Of a stretch of 64,000 bases of DNA, positions 1 to 11,200 are shown piece after piece. The stretch is taken from positions 352,001 through 416,000 of the forward strand of contig CAWJAX010000002.1 in the NCBI GenBank assembly GCA_963841015.1, given 5' to 3'. The stretch comes from an uncultured Methanoregulaceae archaeon (GTDB lineage Archaea > Halobacteriota > Methanomicrobia > Methanomicrobiales > Methanospirillaceae). Every line of letters begins with the position of its first letter. Position 1 is the first letter of the stretch. The translations under genes were made by a program, and so were the position numbers. The notes below the pieces were generated by a model. It made no database searches. It was given only the letters and a program-made list of their open reading frames with translations, and was not told where the DNA came from.

Positions 1-771
1 GTTTTACGGTCAGCCCAGCCGAGTTTGGTGGCTATGTTGGAAACTGGTACCGGCTCAACAGTACCCGGAAAAGCCGATGGGACAGCCTTCCTCGTTGCTG
101 ATCCCCAGCTAGCATTTAAAGTTGAAGATAATTCCAGAGACGTTGATGTCGAACAGCTTAAATGGATTCCATCCGGAGACGATATACGGTTCAGGATTGA
201 TACAAATCTGGCTCAGATAGCGTCACAGCGTTCTACACCCGCTCCCATCACCATAAAAGTGCAGTCACCGGATGGTGCGATCTACTCATCGTTACGTAAT
301 GCAGGGGGAATGCCAACCTCAATCGTAGACATTCCCGTTAATACGCGCCCCTTTTATACAGGTTCTATCTGGAATATGGGCAATCCTGATGTCTATCCCC
401 CGGGAACCTATACAATCTGGGCTGAAAGCAACATAAATAACATGAAAGATAATTACGAGGTTATTGGCAAAACGGTAAGCACACCTTTCAATCTGCTCAA
501 CCAGGGTCAGAACCCGCTGATTACAAAAGCAACGACCATGGCAACTCAGATCACCAGGACACCAACGCAAACGTCTGTACCTGCAACAACGCAAATTCTG
601 GTAAGCACAACCGTGGCAACACCTTTACCTACGGAACCTCTGACCACGTTACCCACAACGGCTTCTACTCAGGTCCCCCCACCCAGCCAGACTCAATCTC
701 CGGGATTTGGACCAACCCTTGTGATTTCCGCGATCCTTTTCGGACTGGTTGCATTCCTCAGGAAAGGATAA
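1..771 (+). CDS. DUF3821-like cell-surface protein with Thr/Pro-rich linker and PGF-CTERM sorting signal (5' truncated by window edge; probable frameshift near 66)
   Basis: C-terminus SPGFGPTLVISAILFGLVAFLRKG (PGF + TM + basic tail) follows a Thr/Pro-rich linker. Frame +3 at the window start reads FTVSPAEFGGYVGNWY and joins the AFLVADPQL frame. Confidence 0.75.
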   Translation, partial: VLRSAQPSLVAMLETGTGSTVPGKADGTAFLVADPQLAFKVEDNSRDVDVEQLKWIPSGDDIRFRIDTNLAQIASQRSTPAPITIKVQSPDGAIYSSLRNAGGMPTSIVDIPVNTRPFYTGSIWNMGNPDVYPPGTYTIWAESNINNMKDNYEVIGKTVSTPFNLLNQGQNPLITKATTMATQITRTPTQTSVPATTQILVSTTVATPLPTEPLTTLPTTASTQVPPPSQTQSPGFGPTLVISAILFGLVAFLRKG

Positions 772-829
772 TTATCTTGTTTTTTACCCCTTCGCAATCT
801 TTTATTACCTCCGTTTCCCATTCCGGAGT

Positions 830-1336
830 ATGAACATTGTAACAACTGTGATAAAATCCCGCCATAGTGTACGGAATTTCAAACCCGATCCCGTGAATGA
901 TCTGGTTATTAAAGATGCAATCGAATGTGCGGCTCATGCGCCTACTGCAATGAACCTCCAGCCATGGCTGTTTGGCGTCATCAAAAACAAGGATATGCTC
1001 AAAAAGATTGGCGAAACCACGGATCACGGGAAATTCATTGCCGATGCCCCGTTGTGCTTTGCAGTTTTCGGGGAAAAAAAGGAAAAATATTATCTCGAGG
1101 ACTGTTGTGCAGCCACGGAAAATCTCATCCTTGCTCTCCAGGCACATGGCATCAATTCCTGCTGGGTGGCGGGGGAAAAGAAGCAGTACTCCGAGACAAT
1201 CCGTTCACTGCTTGGAGTTCCGGAAAAATATACGCTGGTCTCTCTCGTTGCTGCAGGTTGTCCTTCAGAAATGACCATAGCAAAGAAGAAAGAAATAAAA
1301 CATATCATGTTTTTTGAGGAGTATAAAAAAGAATAA
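830..1336 (+). CDS. Nitroreductase family protein
   Basis: [20 protein letters not shown] and [12 protein letters not shown] motifs; ATG at 830 after GGAG. Confidence 0.9.
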   Translation: MNIVTTVIKSRHSVRNFKPDPVNDLVIKDAIECAAHAPTAMNLQPWLFGVIKNKDMLKKIGETTDHGKFIADAPLCFAVFGEKKEKYYLEDCCAATENLILALQAHGINSCWVAGEKKQYSETIRSLLGVPEKYTLVSLVAAGCPSEMTIAKKKEIKHIMFFEEYKKE

Positions 1337-2242
1337 TTTTTTGGCTTTGTAGAATTCCTCAATGACGATCAGAACGAAGAACATGTCCAACAGTCTTGAG
1401 AGGTTATAGAGGATCACTTTAATCTTGATCTCCTTGATCTGGAGTCGGTATTTCCGAGCTTTGAGAGATTCCCCGAACTTTCTTTTTAAGACGGAGAACA
1501 CGGTTTCGACCTTATTTCTCTGATGATATTTTTTCTGATCAAATGACCGAGCGATTCTTCTTCGGTAATATCCGGAGATTCGTTTACGTTTTCTGTTTCT
1601 GACAGGAATAAGCGAACAAGACTTGAGGGTATCCCGAATCAATTCATGAATTTCTTCGGAATCATAGCCTTTATCCATGACATAGAGGTCAGATGGTCGG
1701 ATCCTGTGACATTGTATCAGGAGTTTTTCAGCGTGAGGAATATCGTGGATTGGATGCCGGGAGATCTTCAGACCGGTGATGATCTGTTGATCCGTGTCAA
1801 CCGAGATGGAAGTTTTCAGGAAACGTTTTCTCGTTTTACCGGTTCTCCAGGAATAATAATGGCTGGCATATGAACTGGTGAATCCGGATGAATCGATAGC
1901 AGTACACGGTATCTTCTCTCCCCAATCATAGAACATTTTCATGAGGCGGTTGAGTATTCTGGTGAAGGTGGAGGAGCGGATCCGTTGACAGAATTTGTGA
2001 ATCGTCGTAAAATGTGGTACTTCATCGAGATGGATCTTTTCCCGGAGTGATTCCATGATTTCAGTAAGTTCGACGGTGTCCCGGTAATCTTCAGACAGGT
2101 ACTCTTTCAGGAGAAGAAGAATGAGTAACTGGTGCTGGGTATAGATCTTTTTGGAATATTTTGATGAATACAACGGAATCCGGGAATCCCGGATCAAGCC
2201 AGAGGATAATTCAACAAACCTGATATACCGGTTTGCTGACAC
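1265..2242 (-). CDS. IS5-family DDE transposase
   Basis: AIDSSG, VMDKGYD and YHQRNKVE (YREK-like) motifs; the ORF runs past the IS end at 1343. Confidence 0.92.
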   Translation of the reverse strand: MSANRYIRFVELSSGLIRDSRIPLYSSKYSKKIYTQHQLLILLLLKEYLSEDYRDTVELTEIMESLREKIHLDEVPHFTTIHKFCQRIRSSTFTRILNRLMKMFYDWGEKIPCTAIDSSGFTSSYASHYYSWRTGKTRKRFLKTSISVDTDQQIITGLKISRHPIHDIPHAEKLLIQCHRIRPSDLYVMDKGYDSEEIHELIRDTLKSCSLIPVRNRKRKRISGYYRRRIARSFDQKKYHQRNKVETVFSVLKRKFGESLKARKYRLQIKEIKIKVILYNLSRLLDMFFVLIVIEEFYKAKKLFFFILLKKHDMFYFFLLCYGHF

Positions 2243-2349
2243 TATTCTGCCTCCTTATGGTTACTGAACATAACAAGGTAAGGAGGCGCCGTACCTTAGC
2301 TTTTGTGGTCAGATTTTTACTTCTGAAATCTTAGCATTTCTACAAAGCC
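1343..2349 (-). mobile_element. Complete IS5-family insertion sequence (probably ISH1-like group), 1007 bp
   Basis: Terminal inverted repeats GGCTTTGTAGAA (1343-1354) and TTCTACAAAGCC (2338-2349); 8-bp direct repeat AATTTTTT on both sides (1335-1342, 2350-2357); encloses a DDE transposase. Confidence 0.92.
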
Positions 2350-2488
2350 AATTTTTTTAACGATTATCCCCAGGTGGGAAGGATTCGATTGTTCTTTTCC
2401 CTGACAGGATTGAAGTACGGTTTTCATCTGCCAACAAATGAGTATTACCCAGTAATTATTAAGCATCCGGCAAGTCACATCATTGATC

Positions 2489-3776
2489 ATGAAAAAAGCG
2501 GTTCTGCAGGTTGCACTTGATATTCTTGAACTAAAAAGGGCGTTGCAGATCGCCCAGGAATCGCTTGACGGAGGTTCTGACTGGATTGAAATAGGGACAC
2601 CGCTGATTAAAAGTGAGGGGATGCAGGCAGTCCGATCGATGAGGGATCGTTTTCCAAATACCATACTTGTTGCAGATATGAAGATTGCCGATACAGGTAC
2701 CCTTGAGGTGGAGATGGCTGCAAAGGCAGGGGCTAATGTCGTATGCGTTCTTGCAGATGCAGACAACTCGGTGATTGAAGAGGCTGTGCGGGCTTCCCGT
2801 TTGTATGGAATACGGATAATGGCGGATCTGATCAATGTCAAAGATCCCGTATCCCGTGCACGTGAGCTTGAAGCATTGGGTATAGATATCCTTTGTGCCC
2901 ATGTTGGCATCGACCAGCAGATGATGGGTAAGAGTTCCTTTGACCTTCTTTTATCTCTGTCTGATCAGGTTCATATTCCTCTCGCAATTGCGGGAGGAAT
3001 TGACGCGGCAGGTGCCGGAGACGCGGTACAGTCGGGTGCGGATATTATTATCGTTGGAGGCTGGATTGTCCGGTCGGCAGATGTAACCGGATCTACAAAA
3101 AAGATTCGTTCATCAATGGATAATCCTTCGATCCAATCTATTGAAAAAAAATCACCTGATGAAGAAATTCGCTCCCTCCTCATGCAGGTATCTGCACCAA
3201 ATATCACTGATGCCATGCATCGGAAAGGTGCCATGTCTGGAATCGTTTCGATTTGCGGCAATGTAAAGATGGTGGGAAGGGCAGTAACCGTCCAGACATT
3301 TCCCGGGGACTGGGCAAAACCTGTAGAAGCCATTGATATTGCCAGAAAAAATGAAGTAATTGTGATCAATAACGATGGTGCGACCCATATAGCCCCCTGG
3401 GGAGAACTTGCCACACTTCAGCTGTGTGAAAAAAGGAATATCCGGTGTTGTCATTGATGGTGCAGTCCGGGATGTCGATGATATAAGAATAATGAAGTTC
3501 CCTCTGTTTGCAAAAGCTGTTGTGCCTAACGCGGGAGAGCCCAAGGGATTCGGTGAGATCAATGCGGAAATTCAGTGTGGAGGCCAGTATGTCCGTCCCG
3601 GTGACTGGATTGTAGGAGATGAAAGTGGCGTGGTTGTGATCCCCGGTGAGCGGGCGTATGAAATTGCACGAAGGGCTTTAGAGGTCAGGAAAAATGAAGA
3701 AAGGATCCGGGAAGAGATTCGCAGGGGAAGCACTCTTTCTGAAGTTGCAGAATTGATAAAATGGGAAAAGAAGTGA
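2489..3776 (+). CDS. 3-hexulose-6-phosphate synthase fused to RraA/HMG-aldolase-like domain (frameshift near 3419, probably an error)
   Basis: [15 protein letters not shown] and [10 protein letters not shown] motifs, then NITDAM, WGELAT and [10 protein letters not shown] split over ORFs 2483-3457 and 3408-3776. Confidence 0.85.
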
Positions 3777-3786
3777 AAATAATGGA

Positions 3787-4221
3787 TCAGTGAAACACCG
3801 AGCGCTCCAAAAGGGTGGCACCTGAATTCCTGATCTTTTGTATTGCCTCTTCAACCTGGTCAACACGGAGAATAAGCACGGCCCCTTCTTTCCCTGAATA
3901 GGCATAGGAATATTCGATATTAACCCCGGCGTCTCCAAGAATCTTTGCAACCTCATACAGTCCGCCCGGCTGGTCTTTCATTCGAACTGCGATCACATCG
4001 GTGAACGCGACATTAAATCCAAGAGATAATAGTTTGTCATGGGCTCTTTCAGGGTGATCCACAAGTGCCCTGACTACCCCAAATCCATTTGCTTCGGCGA
4101 TACTGAAAGCAAGAATATTGATCTTTTCCTCTCCCAAGGCATGCGCTATTGCTGCAAGACGTCCCGGGCGGTTTTCAGAAAATATCGAAATCTGCCTGAT
4201 AACATACTTTTGTGTGTCCAT
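3787..4221 (-). CDS. ACT domain protein
   Basis: QISIFSENRPGRLA and DQPGGLYEVAKILGDAGVNIEYSY tandem ACT motifs; follows the paaK genes. Confidence 0.9.
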   Translation of the reverse strand: MDTQKYVIRQISIFSENRPGRLAAIAHALGEEKINILAFSIAEANGFGVVRALVDHPERAHDKLLSLGFNVAFTDVIAVRMKDQPGGLYEVAKILGDAGVNIEYSYAYSGKEGAVLILRVDQVEEAIQKIRNSGATLLERSVFH

Positions 4222-5523
4222 TTACAACGACCTCTTGTCCACAACTCTTTTTGCTTTTCCTTCAAATCTGGGTAAAGAACCCGGTTCAACGAGTTCAACA
4301 TTGGCATTCACATTCAATGAGTTCCTGAGGCGGTGCTCTACTTTCTGCCGAATATGCATAAGATCATTGATTTTATCACTGAATGATCCCTTGGTCAACT
4401 CGACACGGACCAGCATATCATCAAGGGCTCCTTTCCGCTCAACCACAATCTGGAAATGCTGACCTACCTCAGGAATTCCCATCAGGGCATACTCAACCTG
4501 GGAGGGAAACACATTGATACCCCGTATGATTAACATGTCATCTACCCTCCCTTGTATTCTCTGGATTCTCGGATGTGTCCTGCCGCAGGAGCAGATGTCA
4601 CTCTCCATTGTCGTTATATCTCCGATGCGATACCGGATCATCGGAAGTGCTTCTTTCTGGAGGATGGTAATCGTGAGTTCACCTTTTTGTCCGGGTTCAA
4701 GAGGCTCTCCTGTCTGGGGATCGACAATTTCGACAAGGGCAATATCTGACCAGATATGAAATCCTTTTTGCTCCTTGCATTCGGTAAACATTGGTCCCGA
4801 AAGTTCACTTGTACCATAGATATCATATGCCTTAATTCCCAGCCAGTCTTCGATCCGGGTGCGCATTCCTTCTGTCCAGGGTTCAGCTCCCAGAATTCCC
4901 GTCCGGAGTTTTGTATCTTTTTTAAGATCAACACCCATTTTTTCTGCAACCTCGCCAATATGGAGGAGGTAAGAAGGTGTGCAGGCAATCGCTGTTGCAC
5001 CGAGGTCCTGCATCAGTTCAACCTGGCGTTCGGTGTTTCCCACGCTGGTCGGTAATACAGTTGCACCAATACGTTCTGCCCCGTAATGCATCCCAAGTCC
5101 CCCGGTGAACAGACCATACCCGTAACTTACCTGGATCACATCTCCCCTGCCAAGTCCAATTGAGGTCAGGGCACGGGCAAGTGAAGTTGTCCATGTATTC
5201 AGGTCATTCTGGGTATAACCAACGACTGTCGGTTTCCCGGTAGTACCGGACGATACATGATATCGGACCAGGTCCTCCTGGGTTGAAGTAAAGATTTTAT
5301 CAGGGTAATTGTCGCGGAGGTCACGCTTGAACATGAACGGGAGTTTCTTAACATCGGATAACTCGCGGATGTCATCCGGGTGGACCTTCTGTTCTTTCAT
5401 CCTGTCATGGTAAAAAGGTGAAAAACTGTAAAGCCGGTAGACAAGACTTTTTAACAGTTTATACTGCATTCTCTGGAGATCTTCTTTTGGCATCTCCTCG
5501 ATTCGTGGATCCCAGCTCTTCAT
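4222..5523 (-). CDS. paaK: Phenylacetate-CoA ligase family protein
   Basis: SSGTTGKP, YGLFTGGLG, YGTSE, RYRIGD and GRVDDMLIIRGINVFP motifs. Confidence 0.92.
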   Translation of the reverse strand: MKSWDPRIEEMPKEDLQRMQYKLLKSLVYRLYSFSPFYHDRMKEQKVHPDDIRELSDVKKLPFMFKRDLRDNYPDKIFTSTQEDLVRYHVSSGTTGKPTVVGYTQNDLNTWTTSLARALTSIGLGRGDVIQVSYGYGLFTGGLGMHYGAERIGATVLPTSVGNTERQVELMQDLGATAIACTPSYLLHIGEVAEKMGVDLKKDTKLRTGILGAEPWTEGMRTRIEDWLGIKAYDIYGTSELSGPMFTECKEQKGFHIWSDIALVEIVDPQTGEPLEPGQKGELTITILQKEALPMIRYRIGDITTMESDICSCGRTHPRIQRIQGRVDDMLIIRGINVFPSQVEYALMGIPEVGQHFQIVVERKGALDDMLVRVELTKGSFSDKINDLMHIRQKVEHRLRNSLNVNANVELVEPGSLPRFEGKAKRVVDKRSL

Positions 5524-6812
5524 TATACTGCCTCTCTTCGATCAATCACTCTCTTTGCCTTTCCTTCAAACCGTGGAAGTGACCCCGGCTCAACAAGTTT
5601 AACGGTTGTCCTGAGCTCGAGTGCATCCCGAAGTTCCTTTACAACTTTTTTCTGGAGTCTTGCAAGATCCGCAAGTTCCCCGCTGAAATACTCGCGGTTG
5701 ATCTCAACTTCGACGGTCATCTCATCCAGATGATTAATTCTGTCGATATATACCATAAACTGATTGCCTACCTCGGGTATTTTAAGAAGGATATGTTCTA
5801 TCTGGGACGGGAACACGTTGATTCCGCGGATTACCAGCATATCATCACTTCTCCCCGTGATTCTCGCAATTTTTTGTCCCCGTCTGCATAAACAACCGTC
5901 TTCCATCTTTACGGTAATATCTCCCGTGCGGTAACGGAGCAGCGGCATTGCTTCCTTGACCAGCGGGGTTACCACCAGTTCACCACGTTCACCCTCTGAT
6001 ACTTGTTCTCCGGTCCTAGGATCGATAATCTCGACAAGGAAACAATCATGCCAGATATGAAGCCCGTCTCGTTCAGGACATTCGAATGCGACACCGGGAC
6101 CAAAAAGCTCGCTTAAACCATAAGAATCATAGGCAGTTAGTCCGAGTCTTTTTTCAAGCATGTGACGTGTACTTTCCGACCAGGGTTCTGCGCCAAAAAT
6201 ACCCGTCCGGAGTGTATCGAGTGACGCCCCCATCTCTTCTGCTACTTCAGAGAGGTGCATTGCATAACTGGGTGTACAATGGATAGCAGTCACCCCGAAA
6301 TCCATGATCATTTCGATCTGGCGTTTTGTATTACCTGTAGCGCTTGGAATCACCGTCATACCAATTTTTTCTGCCCCATAATGAAAACCGAGACCTCCGG
6401 TGAACATGCCATAATTCACCATATTCTGGAAGATATCATTTTCACCAACACCCACCATAGTCATGTTCCGTGCAATGAGATTTGCCCACGTGTCAATGTC
6501 TTTTTGAGTGTAACCAACAACGGTTGGTTTTCCCGTTGTTCCGGATGTTGTATGAATCCGTACGATTTTTTTCATAGGAACAGCTAAGAAACCGAATGGA
6601 TATCCCCCCCTGAGATCCTGTTTTTTGGTAAAAGGGATTTTCCGGATATCCTCCAGTGTTTTGATGGATGATAGTTTCACGCCAGCATCTGAGAGAAGAT
6701 TCCGGTAAAACGCAACGTGCTGTACCTGGCTGATTGTTGTTTTCAGACGTTTGAGTTGAAGAGCCTCCAATTCACGAGGGTTCATTGTTTCTATCTTCTT
6801 ATCCCAGAACAT
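5523..6812 (-). CDS. paaK: Phenylacetate-CoA ligase family protein (paralog)
   Basis: TSGTTGKP, YGLSE, RYRTGD and GRSDDMLVIRGINVFP motifs. Confidence 0.92.
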   Translation of the reverse strand: MFWDKKIETMNPRELEALQLKRLKTTISQVQHVAFYRNLLSDAGVKLSSIKTLEDIRKIPFTKKQDLRGGYPFGFLAVPMKKIVRIHTTSGTTGKPTVVGYTQKDIDTWANLIARNMTMVGVGENDIFQNMVNYGMFTGGLGFHYGAEKIGMTVIPSATGNTKRQIEMIMDFGVTAIHCTPSYAMHLSEVAEEMGASLDTLRTGIFGAEPWSESTRHMLEKRLGLTAYDSYGLSELFGPGVAFECPERDGLHIWHDCFLVEIIDPRTGEQVSEGERGELVVTPLVKEAMPLLRYRTGDITVKMEDGCLCRRGQKIARITGRSDDMLVIRGINVFPSQIEHILLKIPEVGNQFMVYIDRINHLDEMTVEVEINREYFSGELADLARLQKKVVKELRDALELRTTVKLVEPGSLPRFEGKAKRVIDRREAV

Positions 6813-7029
6813 ATACTGCCCCTGTTATGCTATTGCATGACAGAGAATATATGGTGTTTTTAACTCTTTAAATTCACCGAATTTATGTAAACAACATTCA
6901 TAGGAAACTCTCCTTAAAAAAATTGGTGAAATTCAGCCTGGAATTGATGTTGGCTGAAAAAACGATGAATTAATCAGGAAGAAATAGCGTAGTAATTAGA
7001 TTAGTAGAAAAATATTTTTTTTGAGGTGG

Positions 7030-7938
7030 ATGGTGACTGATTATCCCTGGTTGTTGGTGAGCGGATTTGGTGTCCATATAAAATCCACCCAGAAAAAACT
7101 GATTATTCAGAAAAAAAAAGGTGTCGAGGAATATCCTCTTGAATCGGTAAAAAACCTGCTTGTTATGGGAGGCCACACCATCAGCTCGTCAACGATTGTA
7201 AATCTTGTGAAAAATGGTGCATTTATATCATTTTTTGAACCCGATGGCAATCCAATAGGAATTATCCGACCCTTTGGAGATCGGAGTGATACGGAGATTT
7301 ACAGAATACAGCAGGCTATCCCCCGACATCGATATGCTATTACCCTTGCACAAACAGCAATAAAATCCCGTCTCTTTGCGATTCAATATGTTCAGGAAAA
7401 CCAGAATATTCACCTGTTTTATGAAGGTGAACAGGAATTTCTTCATAAAGCTCAGGAGGAACTTCAGTATTTAATCAAACTGGATGAAATACAAAGATTA
7501 CACCGGCTTACTTCAGATATGTATTACGAGATAATGTCACGGAATACCCCTCCGGATTTCGGATTCCGGAGGAGAACAATACGGCCCCAGTCAGATCCAA
7601 TCAACGCAATGCTTTCATTCGGGTACGCGATGTTGTTTGGAAATTGTTGCGTCTCTCTTATTGGAGCCCGACTGGACCCGGATTATGGCTTGATATATGA
7701 AGGGAAAGGGTGCCTTGTACAGGATCTCATTGACCCTCTTAAAGCTGGAATGATTGATGGTGTAGTATTTCAGATAGCAAGAAATTCTCTCTCAACCTTG
7801 GATTATGAACTGACGCCAAACAGGTGCATACTCTCAGATGAACTTATACAACAGCTGATTGGATTATTTCATTCCTCAATAAATACTGAAAAAATTGATG
7901 AACTGGTATTCAGACTTCTCTCAAGCGATCACCAATAA
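7030..7938 (+). CDS. cas1: Stand-alone Cas1 homolog, catalytically degenerate
   Basis: Cas1 hallmarks GFRRRTIRPQSDPINAMLSFGYAML, LDPDYG and LVQDLIDPLK; N-terminal beta domain; ATG at 7030 after GAGGTG; no cas2 or CRISPR array nearby. Confidence 0.85.
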   Translation: MVTDYPWLLVSGFGVHIKSTQKKLIIQKKKGVEEYPLESVKNLLVMGGHTISSSTIVNLVKNGAFISFFEPDGNPIGIIRPFGDRSDTEIYRIQQAIPRHRYAITLAQTAIKSRLFAIQYVQENQNIHLFYEGEQEFLHKAQEELQYLIKLDEIQRLHRLTSDMYYEIMSRNTPPDFGFRRRTIRPQSDPINAMLSFGYAMLFGNCCVSLIGARLDPDYGLIYEGKGCLVQDLIDPLKAGMIDGVVFQIARNSLSTLDYELTPNRCILSDELIQQLIGLFHSSINTEKIDELVFRLLSSDHQ

Positions 7939-8244
7939 CGGTGAATTCAGAGTCCGGGTACTGAGCCGCCCTTCTCCTTTAATGATTGAAAAGTCATTAA
8001 AAGTCATAAAAGAAATATCAGAGGTTCGTAAATCACGGATGACTGCACGTGGACAGCTATAAATCATTGAAATAAACTTTTCAAGAATCATTGACTCCGC
8101 GGATGCATAGATATGAACTCTTCCATCGGGAAGATTTATGACCGTCCCGGTAACATGTAAATCGGTTGCAATCCTTCTCACACATGCCCTGAATCCAACT
8201 TTTTGAACTCTCCCGCTGATAAAAATTTCAACGGTTTTCACCAT
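7921..8244 (-). CDS. acyP: Acylphosphatase
   Basis: SGRVQKVGFR and GTVINLPDGRV signatures with catalytic Arg and Asn. Confidence 0.9.
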   Translation of the reverse strand: MVKTVEIFISGRVQKVGFRACVRRIATDLHVTGTVINLPDGRVHIYASAESMILEKFISMIYSCPRAVIRDLRTSDISFMTFNDFSIIKGEGRLSTRTLNSPLLVIA

Positions 8245-11200
8245 TACAACCCCTGCATAAGTTTAATTGCAAGACCAAGCTCGTCAAAAACCTCATCGCG
8301 AAGGGATGACTGACGGATATTCGTTGCAGCGTCAATTGCAAGATCAAGAACCTCCTGTGCCGTCTTCTCAGAACCAGCTGCATGGATCTTCATGGCTATA
8401 TCACACATGATAAAAGCTCTTCGGGAAAGCGGTCGGATTATCCGTGCCTCTTTTATAGCATTTTGTAGCAGGCGGTTGAATATTTTCTCCGCCCCCACTT
8501 TTCTGAACAGTAGTGCGATATCACAGAAAAGAATCGCTCCTTTTCCACGATCCGCTACAGAACGGATCAATTTTTCCAGAGAAGTGATCTGGTTCGGATG
8601 GGCGCCATCTTCAATTATTTTTTCAACAAGAACCTTGATTTTTTCATATTGAGCAGGTATTTCGTAGGTATCTTTAAGTCCCATCTGCGTGAGGCGATGG
8701 AGCCGTATCTCGTCATTTTCAATTGTTTTTGTAACTTCTTTTGCATATTGCTGGTATTTTGTGTTGTTGTGCTTGTGATAGAGCACAATGTACATCTGAG
8801 CAATTTTATCACGAATTGTATCAGCAATCTGTGGAATGTTTATTTTTCTGGTTAATGCATCCGCTTTCTTAAGCAAAATCACCGGGGTGTCGTCATCGCT
8901 GTTTTGTAGTGCAAGCGGGATGATATCAAGAAGGGCTGATGCTTTTTCATAGGGCGAAGGAATTCTTTCGACAGCTTCTGACATGCGGGTTACTATTGTT
9001 TTACCTCGATCCCTGTCATTACTGGTCATACTGAAAACTGCAATAAGTGAATCTACATAGTCAACAGGTTCGGTGATTTTTGATGAAACCTGTAAAGCAA
9101 CATCGAACAATTTGTTGTCCGGCTCAATGACGTTCATCTGGACAATTGCCAATACAATCTGTTTGCTTGCCATCGCATTTTTGTCATCCTCAACATTGCG
9201 TAATCGTTCAATTCCCTGTTCAAGGCATTTTTTTGCTTTTTGTGGATCGATAGTACTAAACAGCAGTGTAAGATCAGCGAGGATGAGAACTTTTTTGTAT
9301 TCAGCAGGAATTTTTTGGAGTGAATGGCAGACATCGTTTAAAATTTCCCGTGCATGATCGAAATCGTGCAATTTGATGTACGTTTCTGCAAGATTGCACA
9401 TCCCTGAAAGTTCCATATAGGGATCATTAATCAGCTGGAGATAGCGGAAAATCAGAACAATCATGAGCGGATTTGATGTCGAGTGCTCATTTCTCTGAAG
9501 GAGAAATGCCATAATCTCGTAAGGATCAGTTGAGTCCGGATACGTGACACTGTAGTTAAGATTTGAAATGATCCGGGACATCATGGCGTCTCTTTCCAGA
9601 GGATTTTCGATTTCAACAGCGTACATTGCCAGTGGTATAATATAATCCGGGTTGTCGCTGACAGATGAATATGAAATAAGAATATCAATCATCCCTGCGA
9701 TCTTCAGCGATATTCGTGGTTTTTTAACAGTTTCTTTTATTATCGATAATCCTCGTTCAAACGGGTATATTTCTGATGAAAAAACCTCTGTATCTGTATG
9801 TGATTTTGGCTCTTTTAAGAGGATACACCCAATTTTTACGAAACACTCGGCAATTCTCCCAAATTGTTGGGTTTTTAACCCGGGATCGCCGATGTCTTTT
9901 GCGATTTTATACGCTTGTTCAAGTGCAGAGGGAGAATGTTTATCGATTGCATATTGTATTACCCCATCAATTATATTCACCATCGCATTTTCTGCGAGAT
10001 TTTTTTCAAGTAAGGAGTTGATCCATTCTTTCATCCTGAGGAGAAGGTCCAGATCCCCTTGTTGTGCGGCAAAAATTGAAGCTTCATCGATTATTCCGCT
10101 CAGTGCTGAAGAACGGATGTCCTGACCGTTAATATCGCAAGTGAGACCTACCGCTCTTTGGAGATAGTCGCGGTTTTTTATTTTTACCCCGATTTTTGCT
10201 ATTTGGAGGGCAATGTTTGCAATCGCTTCTTCCTTAAGGTGGTGTTCCTTGATGAATTCGGCCATTCGTATCAGAATGTATGGATCATGTAATGCCAGAA
10301 ATCCCCGGTTGATGAGAATGGTAATACTTTCGAGAAGCAGGTGGTCCTGCAGAGGATGCAGGCGGATGAGGTCGGTAATAGAATGAATGTGAGAAATTAT
10401 ATCATTAAACGGGTCATCCGTGCTTAATTCTATGATTGCCCGATTAATTGATTTATGTACAATCTCTTCGTTCAATTGTTTGAGGATCATCTCGTTGACC
10501 AATGGGATACTATGCCGAAAAACTCCGGTTTTAAGCATGTGGGTGAGGTTGTCTTCATATTGGGGAAGATTTTCTGTCTCGTGGCTGATTTTTTTAAATA
10601 TCCCGATTGCAGAGTTAAAATCCCCGTAGGAAAGCATGATCTGGGAAAATTGAAGGTAGATTCTTGATATAACAACCGGATTGCTGTGTTTATCGATAAT
10701 GGGAATCAGATCCGAGAGAACATGCATATTGTTTGAATGTTTGGCAACAGAAATGCCCGCCCTGACCAGTTCCCTGAGTGGGTAAGCCTCGGTATTTAAA
10801 AAAAGACTGATGTAGGTTTATGGCAGAGGAGAGGTACCATAATTCTCCTGACAGTTCTGCTTTTTTAAGAAGATCGATAACAAGCGTATTGGTGACAAAA
10901 GGTAGTTTTTCACAAAGAGTCTCAATGAGAGTGATAATATGGACTTTATCCTTTTCCCGATCCAGGAGCTGTTCTGTCAGGGCATTCACAATTTCAAGTT
11001 GTATTTCAGGTGAAAGGGCCTCAAAATTTTGTATAAAGAGTGAAATATCCAGTATTTCTTTTCCGAAAACAGATTTCACTCCCTTTTCAATAATCGCTGA
11101 AATACATGCCTGTCTTCGGATCTTCTGATGGATTTTGCATGCACTTTGGATACTGTCAATGAATAAAATACGGTTTTTTTCGAGAATGGCAACAGTTGCC

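Noticed and set aside
7030-7938. Casposon
   Set aside because: No family B polymerase, terminal inverted repeats or target duplication, and catalytic residues are substituted.
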